Below are positions 1-10,436 of a stretch of DNA of 64,000 nucleotides, piece by piece. Every line of letters starts with the position of its first letter. The stretch's first letter is position 1. This DNA is from an uncultured Gemmatimonadales bacterium (lineage in GTDB: Bacteria > Gemmatimonadota > Gemmatimonadetes > Longimicrobiales > RSA9). A program made the position numbers and the translations under genes. Below the pieces are notes generated by a model that saw only the letters and a program-made list of their open reading frames with translations, had not been told where the DNA came from and ran no database searches. The stretch spans positions 1 through 64,000 of the forward strand of contig CAVUKA010000005.1 of the NCBI GenBank assembly GCA_963741945.1. The letters run 5' to 3'.

Positions 1-2405
1 GGTGTTCACGACGGGCGTGTGCTCTGCGGCGGCCGGGTCGGGTAGAACGGCCTTGTAGAGTTTCTTCAGCTGAGAGAAGAGGGCGAGGTACTGCTTCCAC
101 GTCGTCTCCGAGGCGAGCATGGCCTCGCGGGCGTCCTGCAGCTTTGCCGTGCGCTCGAAGCCCTCAGAGGAGACGAGGGCATCCACGTCCACTCCCTGGT
201 CCTCGCAGAAGGCGACAGTCCCCTCGAGCTGCTTCTTCAGCTCGCGGACGAGCTCTTCCTTGTCGCGGATGGGCTTCTCGCCGCCCGTCGCGCCGCCGCC
301 GTAAATGGCGAGGGCCTTCTGGAGGTTCCGGAAGACGCCGACGTAGTCGACGATCAGGCCGCTCTGCTTCTCGCCCCACACGCGGTTCGCGCGCGCGATC
401 GTCTGCATGAGCGTGTGGTTCTTCATCGGCTTGTCGAGGTAGACCGTCGAGACGCTCGGGGCGTCGAAGCCGGTCATCCACATGCTGCAGACGAACACGA
501 TCCGGAACGGGTCGTCCGGGTCCTTGAACTTCGTCTCCAGGTCCTCCTCCACCATCCGCTTCCGGTGCGGGAGGATGTCGAGACCCTTCGCCTTGAAGTC
601 AGCGATTTCGTTCTGCGCCTGGGAGATGACGACGGCCATGTCCGTCTCTTCCATGAACCGGATCTGGTCGAGCAGATCGTCGCGGCGCTCGCCGATGGAG
701 GTCTGGATCGTCCGCTTCAACTCCTCGAGCTTCCGGCCCCAGTGCTTCTTCACCTTGTCGTACATCCGGACGGCCGTCGGCCGATCGACGGAGACGACCA
801 TGGCCTTGCCCTGGTAGCCGCGGCCGAGAAGGTGGTCGACGAGGTCCTCGGCGATCGTCTCCAGGCGCTCGTCGCGGGTGATCAGGTGGTACTCCCGCCC
901 GAACTCCCGCTCCAGCTTCTTCTCCTGCTGCTCGTCGAGCTCCGCCGCCTCGAGGATCTCCTCCATCTCCTCGTTGAAGTGCTCCTCGTTGATGAGCTGG
1001 AGCTGGGGATGCGGTTCTCGTAGTAGAGCGGGACCGTCGCCTGGTCCTCGACCGACTGCTGGAAGTCGTAGATGCTGACGTAGTCGCCGAACACCTCCCG
1101 CGTCTTCTCCTCACTGGCCATGAGCGGCGTGCCCGTGAACCCGATGAAGGCGGCGTTCGGGAGGGCGGCGCGCATGTTCGCGGCGAGGACGTCGTACTGG
1201 GTGCGGTGCGCCTCGTCGGTCATGACGATGATGTCGTCGCGATCCGAGACGAACTCGTCGGTGTTGAACTTCTGGATCAGCGTGAAGACGTAGCGGTGGT
1301 TCTCGCGCAGGAGCTGGCGCAGGTGCTCACCGCTGTCCGCCCGCACCGCCTCCTCCGGCTCGGTGACCGCGCCGACGCTCGCGAAGTTCTTGTAGATCTG
1401 CTTGTCGAGCTCGAGCCGGTCGGTGACGACGACGAACGTCCAGTTCCCGGGGAGCTTCCGCAGGACCTTCTGGGCGAAGAAGATCATCGAGTAGCTCTTG
1501 CCACTGCCCTGCGTGTGCCAGAACACGCCGAGCCGCCCCTGGTTCTCCTCCAGGCTGTGGACCGCCTCGATGGCGTTGTTGACCCCCAGGTACTGGTGGT
1601 TCTTCGCCAGCAGCTTGGTGAGCGCGCCGCCCGCGTCCGCGTACAGCAGGAAGTTCTCGACGAGGTCCAGCAGGCGGCTCTTCTCGCACGTGCCGCGGAT
1701 CACGGTCTCGAGCGATATGACGCCCGGCTCGTCCTCGTCGCTGATCTTCTTCCAGTCGGCGAAGTGCTCCCAGCGGGCGGTCAGCGTCCCGACGCGCGTG
1801 TCCACGCCGTTCGAGAGCATGATGAACGCGTTGTACCAGAAGATCTGCGGGATCGTGTCCTTGTAGTCCCGCAGGTTGTCGTCGAAGGCGTTCTTCAGCT
1901 GCTTCGTGTGGGCTTTCAGCTCCATCAGGAGCAACGGGATGCCGTTGACGAATCCGACCAGATCCGGCCGGCGCTTGTGCAGCTCGCCCAGGATCCAGAA
2001 CTGGCGCACCACGAGGAAGTCGTTGGCCTCCGGGTCCTCCCAATCGACCACCCGGACCGTCTCCTCGACCTCGACGCCGTCCTCATCCCTGAACTCGACG
2101 TTGACGCCGCCGCGGAGGAGCTCGAAGACCTCGCGATTCGCCTGCGCCAGGCCAAGCACGCTCCTGTCCCGGACGAGCGCCTCCACCGCCAGGTCTATCG
2201 CCTCGTGCGGCAGGTGTGGGTTGAGGGCCTGGAGCGCCGGGACCAGCCGCGACACCAGCACCACCTCGCCCGCGTTCGCGCGACCAAAATCACCGCCCGG
2301 CCACGTCTCCCCGTACCCATTGGCCGTGTCCCACCCCAGCGCCGCGAAGAGTTCGACGGCGGCAACCTCGAGGGCGTCCTCGGCGTCGGGGTGGTGGGTG
2401 GTCAT
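1..2405 (-). CDS. hsdR: Type I restriction enzyme R subunit (HsdR); one apparent 1-bp deletion near 1005; runs off the window start
   Basis: ORF 882..2405 has the nuclease motif RPDLVGFVNGIPLLLMELK and helicase motifs HTQGSGKS, DEAHR and FTGTP. After YENRIP the frame shifts and continues ELQLINEEHF...WMTGFDAP...MQTIARANR to position 1. Confidence 0.93.
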
Positions 2406-3667
2406 GCCACTGCGGCTTCGGGAGCCTCGTCCAGAGCTACTGACGTCGATCTCCCCGGATACGAGTTTGGGAAGGAGGAGGTCCCGGGTCTCGCGGAGGA
2501 TCCGATTCTTCTCGGATCAAGACCTTCTGCTGCTGTAAAAGCGGTTCAGTACCTGGTGAAATTCCACCAGCACCCTCTGTTCGGAAGCAGAATGGGTGCA
2601 CTGCTGGAAGTCGGCCACATTCACCGCCGGGTAAGCAGAACCACGCGTGTGATTGACAAGGTAGTCCGTGAACTGCGGGTGGCGTATGGAGGTACAGTAG
2701 CTGAACGGCACCACATCGCTGAGAGAACAGCAAACCCTGTGAGATGCGACTGTATTCGCGTCGGGCCGAAGCACGAGGCTGAATGCCCTCAGGTTGGGAC
2801 GCACCGTTGACCAGATAACATCGCCGTGCTTGAACGATCCGTACGTGCCCGGCTGGGCGCATCCTCCCAACTGATTCGCTCGATCTCATCAATTCGACCC
2901 TGCGAAACGCCGGAAATGTTGATGTAGCTGATCGGTCTGGCGCGCCGCCCGATTGATAGAGCGAGCGTTCACGTCAGCGACTTCGCCGACCGTCGACACC
3001 TTCCACCCCTCTGGAATCGGCCCCAACTCCGACTCCACCATCTCCACCTGCTCGTGGCCGGGAAAGCGGAAGTTCACAAACCACTCCCGGTAGATCGCCT
3101 GCGCCATCTCCTCCAGGATTGCGATCCGGCGGGTGTTATTCTCGATGAGGTCGTCGTAGCCGGAGAGGAATCTGCGATTCGCTGTTCGTGCGGAAGCGGA
3201 CGACCTGAACCGGGACGCTGCGCAGGATGACGTGTTCAGGTTCGGCATCGTGGTGCCGACGGCCCGGTTGTACATCCAATCAACGCAGAAGGCGCAGATA
3301 GGTAGTAATCCAGAAACATAGGATCCAGAACGTCTGTCCAGGCTGATACGAAGACGATCCTGTCGCTGCAAAGCCATCCGCCTCCTTAGACGTGATACGC
3401 GTGGCGGCCAATGTCGCCCCTGCGCCCATAGACAATGTCACCCTACGCGCAAGCGGTGCTGTGAGACGCACTCACATGGCCGCTGTCACCCGAGCGATTT
3501 GCTCCGTGGAGATCTTGTCGATCCACGATGTCCTGCGAGCATGACGACCGGTGTACCGCGGGAAGAATGGTCCGAGCTGTGCAACTGAGAACCGCAGCGG
3601 ACCCGTTCTGATCGTACCGTCGACTTCGCTCGCATACCTCGCCCAGTGTCCGCGTCTGCCAAATCAT
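2402..3667 (-). pseudogene. hsdS: Type I RM specificity subunit (HsdS), multiply frameshifted (real decay or consensus error)
   Basis: Fragments in different frames: [56 protein letters not shown]...IPEGWK, HGDVIWSTVRPNL, GSAYPAVN, RETRDLLLPKLVSGEIDV. Lies between hsdM and hsdR and is visibly less GC-rich. Confidence 0.88.
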
Positions 3668-3698
3668 ACCGCCACCGAGTTCAACAGGGCCGACACAT

Positions 3699-5232
3699 TC
3701 AGCGCCGATCCGCTCCTCCAGTCTCCCGCGCCTCCGCGTTCAGCCCCTCCAGCTCTTCGTTCAGCTCCTCCAGCCGCTCATAGAAGTCGAAGTCCTCCTC
3801 CTCCCGCTCCCGCACGCCCACGTACCGTCCTGGATTCAGGCTCCAGTCCTGCGCCTCGATCTCCTCTCGCGTCTTCACCGCACAAAGCCCCGGCACGTCC
3901 TGGTACTCGCCGTCGGGGAACCGCTCGGCGAGCATGTCCGCGCTCCCGGCCCGGTCCTCGGGCTCCTCGCCCCGGTAGAGCCGGACGATGTTGGCGATGA
4001 ACTCGAGCTGCTCGGGCGTGAAGTCGCGGTGCGCGCGGTCCACCTGGTTGTAGATCTGCCGGGCGTCGATGAAGAGCACCGTATCCTCGCGCTCCGTTCC
4101 CTTCTTCCCCTTGTCGAGGAACCAGAGCGTGCAGGGCAGCGTCACGTTGAGGAAGAAGTTGCTGCCGATGGCGATCATGACGTCCACGGCGCCGCTCTCG
4201 ATGAGCTTGCGACGGATCTCGCGCTCGGAATGGCGGGCGTCGCTGGCGGAGTTGGCCATGACGAAGCCGGCCCGGCCGTGGTCGTTGAGCGCGCTGTAGA
4301 ACTCCTGGATCCACAGGTAGTTGGCGTTGTCCACCGTCGGCAGGCCGAACGGGTAGCGCGGGTCTCCCTTGATCTTCTCCCTGTCCACGCCGTTCACGTT
4401 GAACGGGGGATTGGCGAGGACGAAGTCGAAGCGGCCGACGCAGTCGTGGACGTTCTCGTAGTAGGTGTTCGCCTGCTTGATCTCGCCGGAGAGCCCGTGC
4501 ACGGCGAGGTTCATGCGGCAGAGCCGGACGGTCTCGGCGACGCGCTCCTGGCCGTAGATCGAGATCTCCGACTGCGGGTTCGCCTGGTGGTTCTCGACGA
4601 ACCGGGCGCTCTGGACGAACATGCCGCCGGAGCCGCACGCCGGGTCCAGGATCCGGCCGTGGAAGGGCTCGATGACCTCGACCATGAGCCGTACGAGCGA
4701 GGTGGGCGTGAAGAACTCGCCGCCCCGCTGGCCCTCGGACATGGCGAACTTGCCCAGGAAGTACTCGTAGATCCGGCCGAAGACGTCGCCCTCAACGTCC
4801 ATGGGGATCCCGGAGAACGTCTTGAGCAGCGCGGCGATGGTGTCGTTGTCCAGCCGGAGGTAGGTCTTCGGGAGGACGTCCTTCAGCTCCGGGTTCTCCT
4901 CCTCGATGGCCTTCATGGCCTCGTTCACGGCCTTGCCGAGATTCTCGCCCTCCGGCAGCGTCCAGGAGGGTGCTGAACCGCGCCGACTCCGGCAGGTAGA
5001 GGACGCCGCGGGCCTGGTAGTCGGCCTTCCCGATCTTCCGACGGCTCCCCGCCTCGTTGGCTTTCGCCGAAAGCTCCTCGTGCGCGTGCTGGAAACGGTG
5101 CTCGGCGTAGCGGAGAAAGATCAGCCCCAGAACAGGCGGGCCATACTCGGACGAGCGCAGCTTCGAGTTCGCTCGGAGCTGGTCAGCGGCCTCCCAGAGG
5201 CGATTGTTCAGATCGCGAATATCAATGCTCAC
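3699..5232 (-). CDS. hsdM: Type I RM N6-adenine methyltransferase (HsdM); apparent 1-bp insertion near 4963
   Basis: N-terminus [12 protein letters not shown] (ORF 4792..5232) joins ORF 3699..4928, which carries [15 protein letters not shown] and NPPF. Confidence 0.94.
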
Positions 5233-5344
5233 GCGGCAACCTTCGCAGATGTAGACAGATGCGTTTTCAGGCGCGGGCAGGGGGTTGGAGACCGGAGGGT
5301 CGACCCGCGCTCGATCAAGATGGGCTCCCCCTGTGACACCCGCA

Positions 5345-5391
5345 ACAAAACGAAGGGGAGGCGGCGCCGTCCCCGGCGCCGCCTCCCCTTC
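5345..5391 (-). terminator. Intrinsic terminator-like hairpin downstream of pilC
   Basis: Perfect 18-bp stem GAAGGGGAGGCGGCGCCG / CGGCGCCGCCTCCCCTTC (5352-5391), followed by GTTTTGT on the minus strand. Confidence 0.75.
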
Positions 5392-5418
5392 TTCCCGCCC
5401 CTACCGGCCTCCCGATCG

Positions 5419-5512
5419 AAATTACGAGAGAGCGTGCAACGAATTACGAAACAGCTCGCTCAACAATTACGAGAGACCGAGTAAACCCACACACGTATCT
5501 CCGCGACTACGA
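5419..5512. repeat. Spaced direct repeats AATTACGA (three copies plus one degenerate)
   Basis: AATTACGA at about 5420, 5442 and 5465, and ACTACGA at about 5506, within an AT-richer intergenic patch. Confidence 0.6.
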
Positions 5513-5538
5513 ATCACGTGACCTTCAGGCAATACCCC

Positions 5539-6747
5539 CTAATGCTGCACGGTGTTGATCATGTCGAAGATCGGCAGGTACATGGCGACGATCATGCCGC
5601 CGACGATGCCGCCGAGGAACACGATCATGATCGGCTCGAGGGCGCTGAGGAGCGCTTCGACGGCCTGGTCGACTTCCTCGTCGTAGAAGTCGGCGATCTT
5701 GGTAAGCATCTCGTCGAGGCCGCCGGTCTGCTCGCCGACGTGGATCATGGAGACGACCATGGGCGGGAAGACTTCGGCGCGCTTGAGCGGCTCGGCGATG
5801 GTTTCACCGCCGGCGATGCTGGTGCGGCTGGCCATGACGGCGTCCTGGATGACGCGGTTGCCGGCGGTGCGGGCGGTGATCTCGAGGCCATCGAGGATGG
5901 AGACGCCGGAGGAGACCAGGGTGCCGAGGGTGCGGGTGAAGCGTGCGACGGCGGTCTTCCTGAGCAGGGGTCCGATGATGGGGACCCTGAGGAGGAGGCG
6001 GTCGATGACGAGCTGACCGTTGCTGGTCTTGTAGTAGGTCCGGATGCCGATGACGAGGGCTGCGATCACGGCGAGGACGATGTACCAGTAGGACTGGAGG
6101 CCTTCGGAGAGCCCGATGACCACGCGGGTGGGCGCGGGCAGGGGGACGCCGGCGCTCTCGAACATCTCCTGGAAGGTGGGGATGACCACGATCAGGAGGG
6201 TGGCGACGGCGCCGATGGCGACGAGGAAGATGACGGCCGGGTAGACCATGGCGCCCTTGATCTTGCGCTTGAGGGCGTCGTTCTTCTCGAGGAAGACGGC
6301 CAGGCGGAGCAGGATGACGTCGAGGATGCCGCCCACCTCGCCCGCGGCCACCATGTTGACGAAGAGGTCGGTGAAGACCTTGGGATGGTTGCGGAGCGCG
6401 TCGGCGAGGGTGTTACCGCTCTCGACGTCGTGCTGGACCTGCTCGATGACCCTGGCGAGGGCCTTGTTCTCGGTCTGTCGCGCGAGGATGTCGAGCGACT
6501 GGACGAGCGGCAGCCCGGCGTTGATCATCGTCGCGAACTGGCGGGTGAAGATGACGATGTCGCGGGTCTTGATCGGGTTGCCGATGGCGATGTTGAGGCT
6601 CAGCGATGCCTTCTTCTGGTCGATCTTGACCGGGATCATCTTCTGCCGGCGCAGGAATCCAACGACCTCCTCGCGGGTGGGGAGGTCGATCTCGCCACGC
6701 TGGAGCGTCCCGGTGGTATTGCGGGCGGAGTAGGTGAAGGTCGGCAT
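5539..6747 (-). CDS. pilC: Type IV pilus platform protein PilC (GspF family)
   Basis: FTRQFATMINAGLPL, GEVGGILD, GEQTGGLDEML, LEPIMIVFLG and AMYLPIF motifs; 402 aa. Confidence 0.95.
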   Translation of the reverse strand: MPTFTYSARNTTGTLQRGEIDLPTREEVVGFLRRQKMIPVKIDQKKASLSLNIAIGNPIKTRDIVIFTRQFATMINAGLPLVQSLDILARQTENKALARVIEQVQHDVESGNTLADALRNHPKVFTDLFVNMVAAGEVGGILDVILLRLAVFLEKNDALKRKIKGAMVYPAVIFLVAIGAVATLLIVVIPTFQEMFESAGVPLPAPTRVVIGLSEGLQSYWYIVLAVIAALVIGIRTYYKTSNGQLVIDRLLLRVPIIGPLLRKTAVARFTRTLGTLVSSGVSILDGLEITARTAGNRVIQDAVMASRTSIAGGETIAEPLKRAEVFPPMVVSMIHVGEQTGGLDEMLTKIADFYDEEVDQAVEALLSALEPIMIVFLGGIVGGMIVAMYLPIFDMINTVQH

Positions 6748-6788
6748 GGTTCAGGCTGCCTCTCTGGTGTTGGGTTCCGCGCGTTCCA

Positions 6789-7904
6789 TCACGCGGTGGG
6801 AACGGACTCGCCCAGGAGCCGGAGCAGCTCGTTGGGGTCGGAGGAATGCCGCATGGCTTCGTCCCGGGTGACGTCGCCTGCGATCACGAGCTGGGCGAGA
6901 GAGTCGCTCATGGTCTGCATCCCGTGCTTCTTTCCCGCCTGGAGGATGCTGTAGATCTGGTGCACCTTGTCATCGCGGATGGTGGCGCGGATGGCGGGTG
7001 TGGCCACCATGATCTCGAGCGCTGCGACGCGGCCCTTCCCGCTCTTGCGGGGGACGAGCGTCTGGGTGATGACGCCCTCCAGCACGAACGCGAGCTGGGC
7101 GCGCACCTGGCTCTGCTGGTTGGAAGGGAAGACGTCGATGATGCGGTTGATGGTCTCGGCGGCGGAGTTGGTGTGCAGCGTGGCGAGGGCCAGGTGTCCG
7201 GTCTCGGCGATGGTGAGCGCGGCGGAGATGGTCTCCAGGTCGCGCATCTCGCCGATGAGCACCACGTCGGGGTCCTGCCGGAGCGCGTACTTGAGGGCGT
7301 TGGCGAACGAGCCGGTGTCGGCGCCCACCTCGCGCTGGTTGACAATGCTCTTCTTGTGCCGGTGGACGAACTCGATGGGGTCCTCGACCGTGAGGATGTG
7401 GCCGGGCTCCTCGCGGTTGATCTTGTCGATCATGGCGGCGAGGGTGGTGGACTTGCCGGAGCCAGTGGGGCCGGTCACGAGGACGAGCCCCTTGGGGCGG
7501 TCGGCGAACTTCGCCACCACGGGCGGCAGCCCGAGCTTGTCGAAGGTCAGGATCTCGTAGGGGATGGCGCGGATGACCACAGTGACGCAGCCGCGCTGCT
7601 TGAAGACGTTGCCGCGGAAGCGGGACAGGTTCTGGATGCCGAAGGAGAAGTCGAGCTCGTCGTCGGTCTCGAAGCGCTTCTTCTGGTTCTCCGTGAGGAT
7701 GGAGTAGGCCAGGTTGAGCGTGTCCTTGGCGTCCAGCTCCTTGGTGACGGTCTGCGCGGGGATGATGGCGCCGTCGACGCGCACCATGGGCTGCTGCCCC
7801 GCGGTGAGGTGCAGGTCGCTTGCGTTCCGCTGGATCATCTCCTCGAGGAGGCCGCGGAGGTTGAGCTGCTTCCCCTGCTGCGGGGGTGCGGTCTGCGTGG
7901 TCAT
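6789..7904 (-). CDS. pilT: Type IV pilus retraction ATPase PilT
   Basis: ASDLHL, GPTGSGKSTT, EDPIE, ALRQDPDV, ETGHL and AIR(ATI)R motifs. The ATG overlaps the pilB stop (ATGA). Confidence 0.95.
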   Translation of the reverse strand: MTTQTAPPQQGKQLNLRGLLEEMIQRNASDLHLTAGQQPMVRVDGAIIPAQTVTKELDAKDTLNLAYSILTENQKKRFETDDELDFSFGIQNLSRFRGNVFKQRGCVTVVIRAIPYEILTFDKLGLPPVVAKFADRPKGLVLVTGPTGSGKSTTLAAMIDKINREEPGHILTVEDPIEFVHRHKKSIVNQREVGADTGSFANALKYALRQDPDVVLIGEMRDLETISAALTIAETGHLALATLHTNSAAETINRIIDVFPSNQQSQVRAQLAFVLEGVITQTLVPRKSGKGRVAALEIMVATPAIRATIRDDKVHQIYSILQAGKKHGMQTMSDSLAQLVIAGDVTRDEAMRHSSDPNELLRLLGESVPTA

Positions 7905-9616
7905 TGACCGGATGTCTCCTTGATGACTTCCTCGAGAGTGGTGATGCCGCGCTCCACCTTGCGCATGCCGTCCATGCGCAGCGTGAGCATGCCGTCGTCG
8001 AGCGCCTGCTGGCGGAGCTCGTCCACGCTGGCGCCCTGCATGATGAGCTTGCGCAGCTCGGAGCTGGCGGCCATGACCTCGTAGAGCCCCTGCCGCCCCT
8101 TGTAGCCGGTGCCACCGCACTCGTCGCACCCCTCGCCCTTGTAGAACGTGGTGGCGCGGTGGTTGTCCGGGACGCGGGCGGCGGCGAGGTACTCTTCGCT
8201 GTAGCTCGCTTCCGCCTTGCACTTGGTGCAGATGCGTCGGACCAGGCGCTGGGCGGTGATGACGTTGAGCCCGGCGGCGACGTTGAACGGCTCGAGGCCC
8301 ATGTCGATCATGCGCGTGATCGTGGAGGGCGCATCGTTGGTGTGGAGGGTGGAGAGCACGAGGTGGCCGGTGAGGGCGGCCTTGATGGCGATGCCGCCGG
8401 TCTCGATGTCGCGGATCTCACCGACCATGATGATGTTCGGGTCCTGGCGCAGGAAGGCCTTGAGCGCGGCCGCGAAGGTCATCCCGATCTCGTTGCGGAC
8501 CTGGACCTGGTTGATGCCGTGGAGGTTGTACTCGACCGGGTCCTCCGCGGTCATGATGTTGACCTGCTCGTCGTTGATCTTGGAGAGCGCGGAGTAGAGG
8601 GTGGTGGTCTTGCCGGAGCCGGTGGGGCCGGTCACGAGCACCATGCCGTAGGGCTGCATGATGGCGTGCATGAAGTCCCGCTCGGCCTTCGGCTCGAAGC
8701 CGAACTTCTCCAGGTCCAGCGTCAGGTTGCCCTTGTCCAGGATGCGGAGCACGATCTTCTCGCCGAAGATCACGGGCAGGGTGGAGACGCGGAAATCCAC
8801 GACCTTGTTCTTGACCTTCAGCTTGATGCGGCCGTCCTGCGGCACGCGCCGCTCGGCGATGTTCAGGTCGGCCAGGATCTTCACGCGTGACGTGAGCGCC
8901 GCCTTCATCTTCAGGGGCGGCTTCATGATCTCGCGCAGCGCGCCGTCGATCCGATAGCGGATGCGGATCTCGTTCTCGTACGGCTCGATATGGACGTCGC
9001 TCACGCCCTTGAGCACGGCGTCGGTGAGGATGCCGTTGATCAGCTTGACGACGGGGGCGTCCTCCACCTGCGCCTTGAGCGCCGCCTCGCTGAACTCGTC
9101 CTCCGTCTCCTCGATGACCTCGATGCCGCCATCATCGATCTCGTCGAGGATGTCCGCCAGCGCGTCATCCTCCTGCTTGCCGTAATAACCGTCGATGTGG
9201 CGCTTGAGCGTGAACTCGCCGGCCACCACCGGCTCGATGTCGTGGCGAGTGACGAAGCGGAGCTGGTCCAGCGTGCCCGGGTCCGCCGGGTTGGCCATGG
9301 CCACGGTGAGCGTGCGGCCCACGCGGCGGAGCGGAAGGACCAGGTGCTTGTGGGCGATGTCGGCGGGGACCAGCTTCAGGATCCGCGCGTCGACCTGTAC
9401 CTTGGCCATGTCGACGGCGGGAACGCGGTACTGCCGGCTGAGCGTCCTCGCCAGCTCGTCCTCCTGCAGGAATCCGAGCTTGATCAGCGAGAAGCCCAGG
9501 CGTGTGCCGTTCGCGCGCGCGTCCTGGAGCCCTCCCTCCAGCTGGTCCTGGGAGATGAGCCCTTCTCTGAGCAGAATGGTGCCCAGACGGTCCGTTGTGC
9601 TCGTCTGCGTCGCCAT
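7901..9616 (-). CDS. pilB: Type IV pilus assembly ATPase PilB
   Basis: N-terminal RLGTIL/RLGFSL (MshEN-like), SDVHIEP, GPTGSGKTTT, LRQDPNIIMVGEIRD and a tetra-Cys zinc motif. Confidence 0.95.
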   Translation of the reverse strand: MATQTSTTDRLGTILLREGLISQDQLEGGLQDARANGTRLGFSLIKLGFLQEDELARTLSRQYRVPAVDMAKVQVDARILKLVPADIAHKHLVLPLRRVGRTLTVAMANPADPGTLDQLRFVTRHDIEPVVAGEFTLKRHIDGYYGKQEDDALADILDEIDDGGIEVIEETEDEFSEAALKAQVEDAPVVKLINGILTDAVLKGVSDVHIEPYENEIRIRYRIDGALREIMKPPLKMKAALTSRVKILADLNIAERRVPQDGRIKLKVKNKVVDFRVSTLPVIFGEKIVLRILDKGNLTLDLEKFGFEPKAERDFMHAIMQPYGMVLVTGPTGSGKTTTLYSALSKINDEQVNIMTAEDPVEYNLHGINQVQVRNEIGMTFAAALKAFLRQDPNIIMVGEIRDIETGGIAIKAALTGHLVLSTLHTNDAPSTITRMIDMGLEPFNVAAGLNVITAQRLVRRICTKCKAEASYSEEYLAAARVPDNHRATTFYKGEGCDECGGTGYKGRQGLYEVMAASSELRKLIMQGASVDELRQQALDDGMLTLRMDGMRKVERGITTLEEVIKETSGQ

Positions 9617-9743
9617 GGCCGCGTTGTTGGATCGGTTGATGCGAGATTGGCCGAAGGCCCCGGGGAGATGGCCAAAGCTAGATCGTCCCGGGGTGACCGG
9701 TCAAGCCTTTGTGCATCCGACAGTTCTACAGCCGGTTCCCCGT

Positions 9744-10409
9744 TCAGTCCACCCGCAGGCGACGGCGCAGCCGGGCCAGCGTCGCGGGGCCGACTCCCCG
9801 CACCGCCAGCAGCGAGTCCACCGCGGGGAACGGCCCGGCCGAATCCCGGTACGCCGCGATCCGCGCCGCGAGCGTGGGACCGATGCCTGGCAGCGTCGCC
9901 AGCTCGGCCACGGTCGCGGTGTTCAGGTCCAGGATGCGGTCGGCCGGCGCGGGCCCGCCAGGCCCCGCGCCCGCTGGCGCGGCCGGACGGCGAGCGCGCC
10001 GGGCGGGGGCCGCCCCGCCCCGCACTTCCAGGTGTGGCGCCAGCCGCTCCAGCGTGGCCGCGCCCACGCCGCGGACGCGCGTGAGCGCCTCGATGGATTC
10101 GAACGGCCCGTTCCGCTGGCGATCCTCCACGATCCGGAGGGCCAGGGCGTCGCCCACGCGCGGCAGGCGGGTGAAATCGGCGGCGGCCGCGCGGTTCAGG
10201 TCCAGGCGCTCGCCGGGGGCGAGGGGTCGGTCGGCGCGCTCGGCGCTGTCGAGGGCGGCCTCGCTGGCGGCGATGTGGGCGGCGAAGTCGAGGCCGGAAG
10301 CGGGCGCGGGAACGGGGTCGCGGAGCGTGGCGAGGCGCACTGCGGCGGAAAGGAAGAGGAGCGCGGCGATGAAGGCCAGCGCCCGCTCCTCGTCGCGCGT
10401 GAGCTTCAC
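9744..10409 (-). CDS. comEA: ComEA-family DNA-binding protein with two helix-hairpin-helix modules and an N-terminal membrane anchor
   Basis: Two copies of LDLNxA...LPxxG..LA.RI...R...GPF.....L..VRGVG.ATL.RL. Confidence 0.88.
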   Translation of the reverse strand: MKLTRDEERALAFIAALLFLSAAVRLATLRDPVPAPASGLDFAAHIAASEAALDSAERADRPLAPGERLDLNRAAAADFTRLPRVGDALALRIVEDRQRNGPFESIEALTRVRGVGAATLERLAPHLEVRGGAAPARRARRPAAPAGAGPGGPAPADRILDLNTATVAELATLPGIGPTLAARIAAYRDSAGPFPAVDSLLAVRGVGPATLARLRRRLRVD

Positions 10410-10436
10410 GGCCGGCTCCCGCCGGCCGTGTCCGGG

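Noticed and set aside
990-1020. Programmed frameshift in hsdR (and in hsdM near 4963)
   Set aside because: No slippery heptamer or long homopolymer; a single-base error or mutation is simpler.
1-5400. Integrase, transposase or tRNA attachment site for the RM island
   Set aside because: None recognisable in the window; the other island boundary lies outside it.
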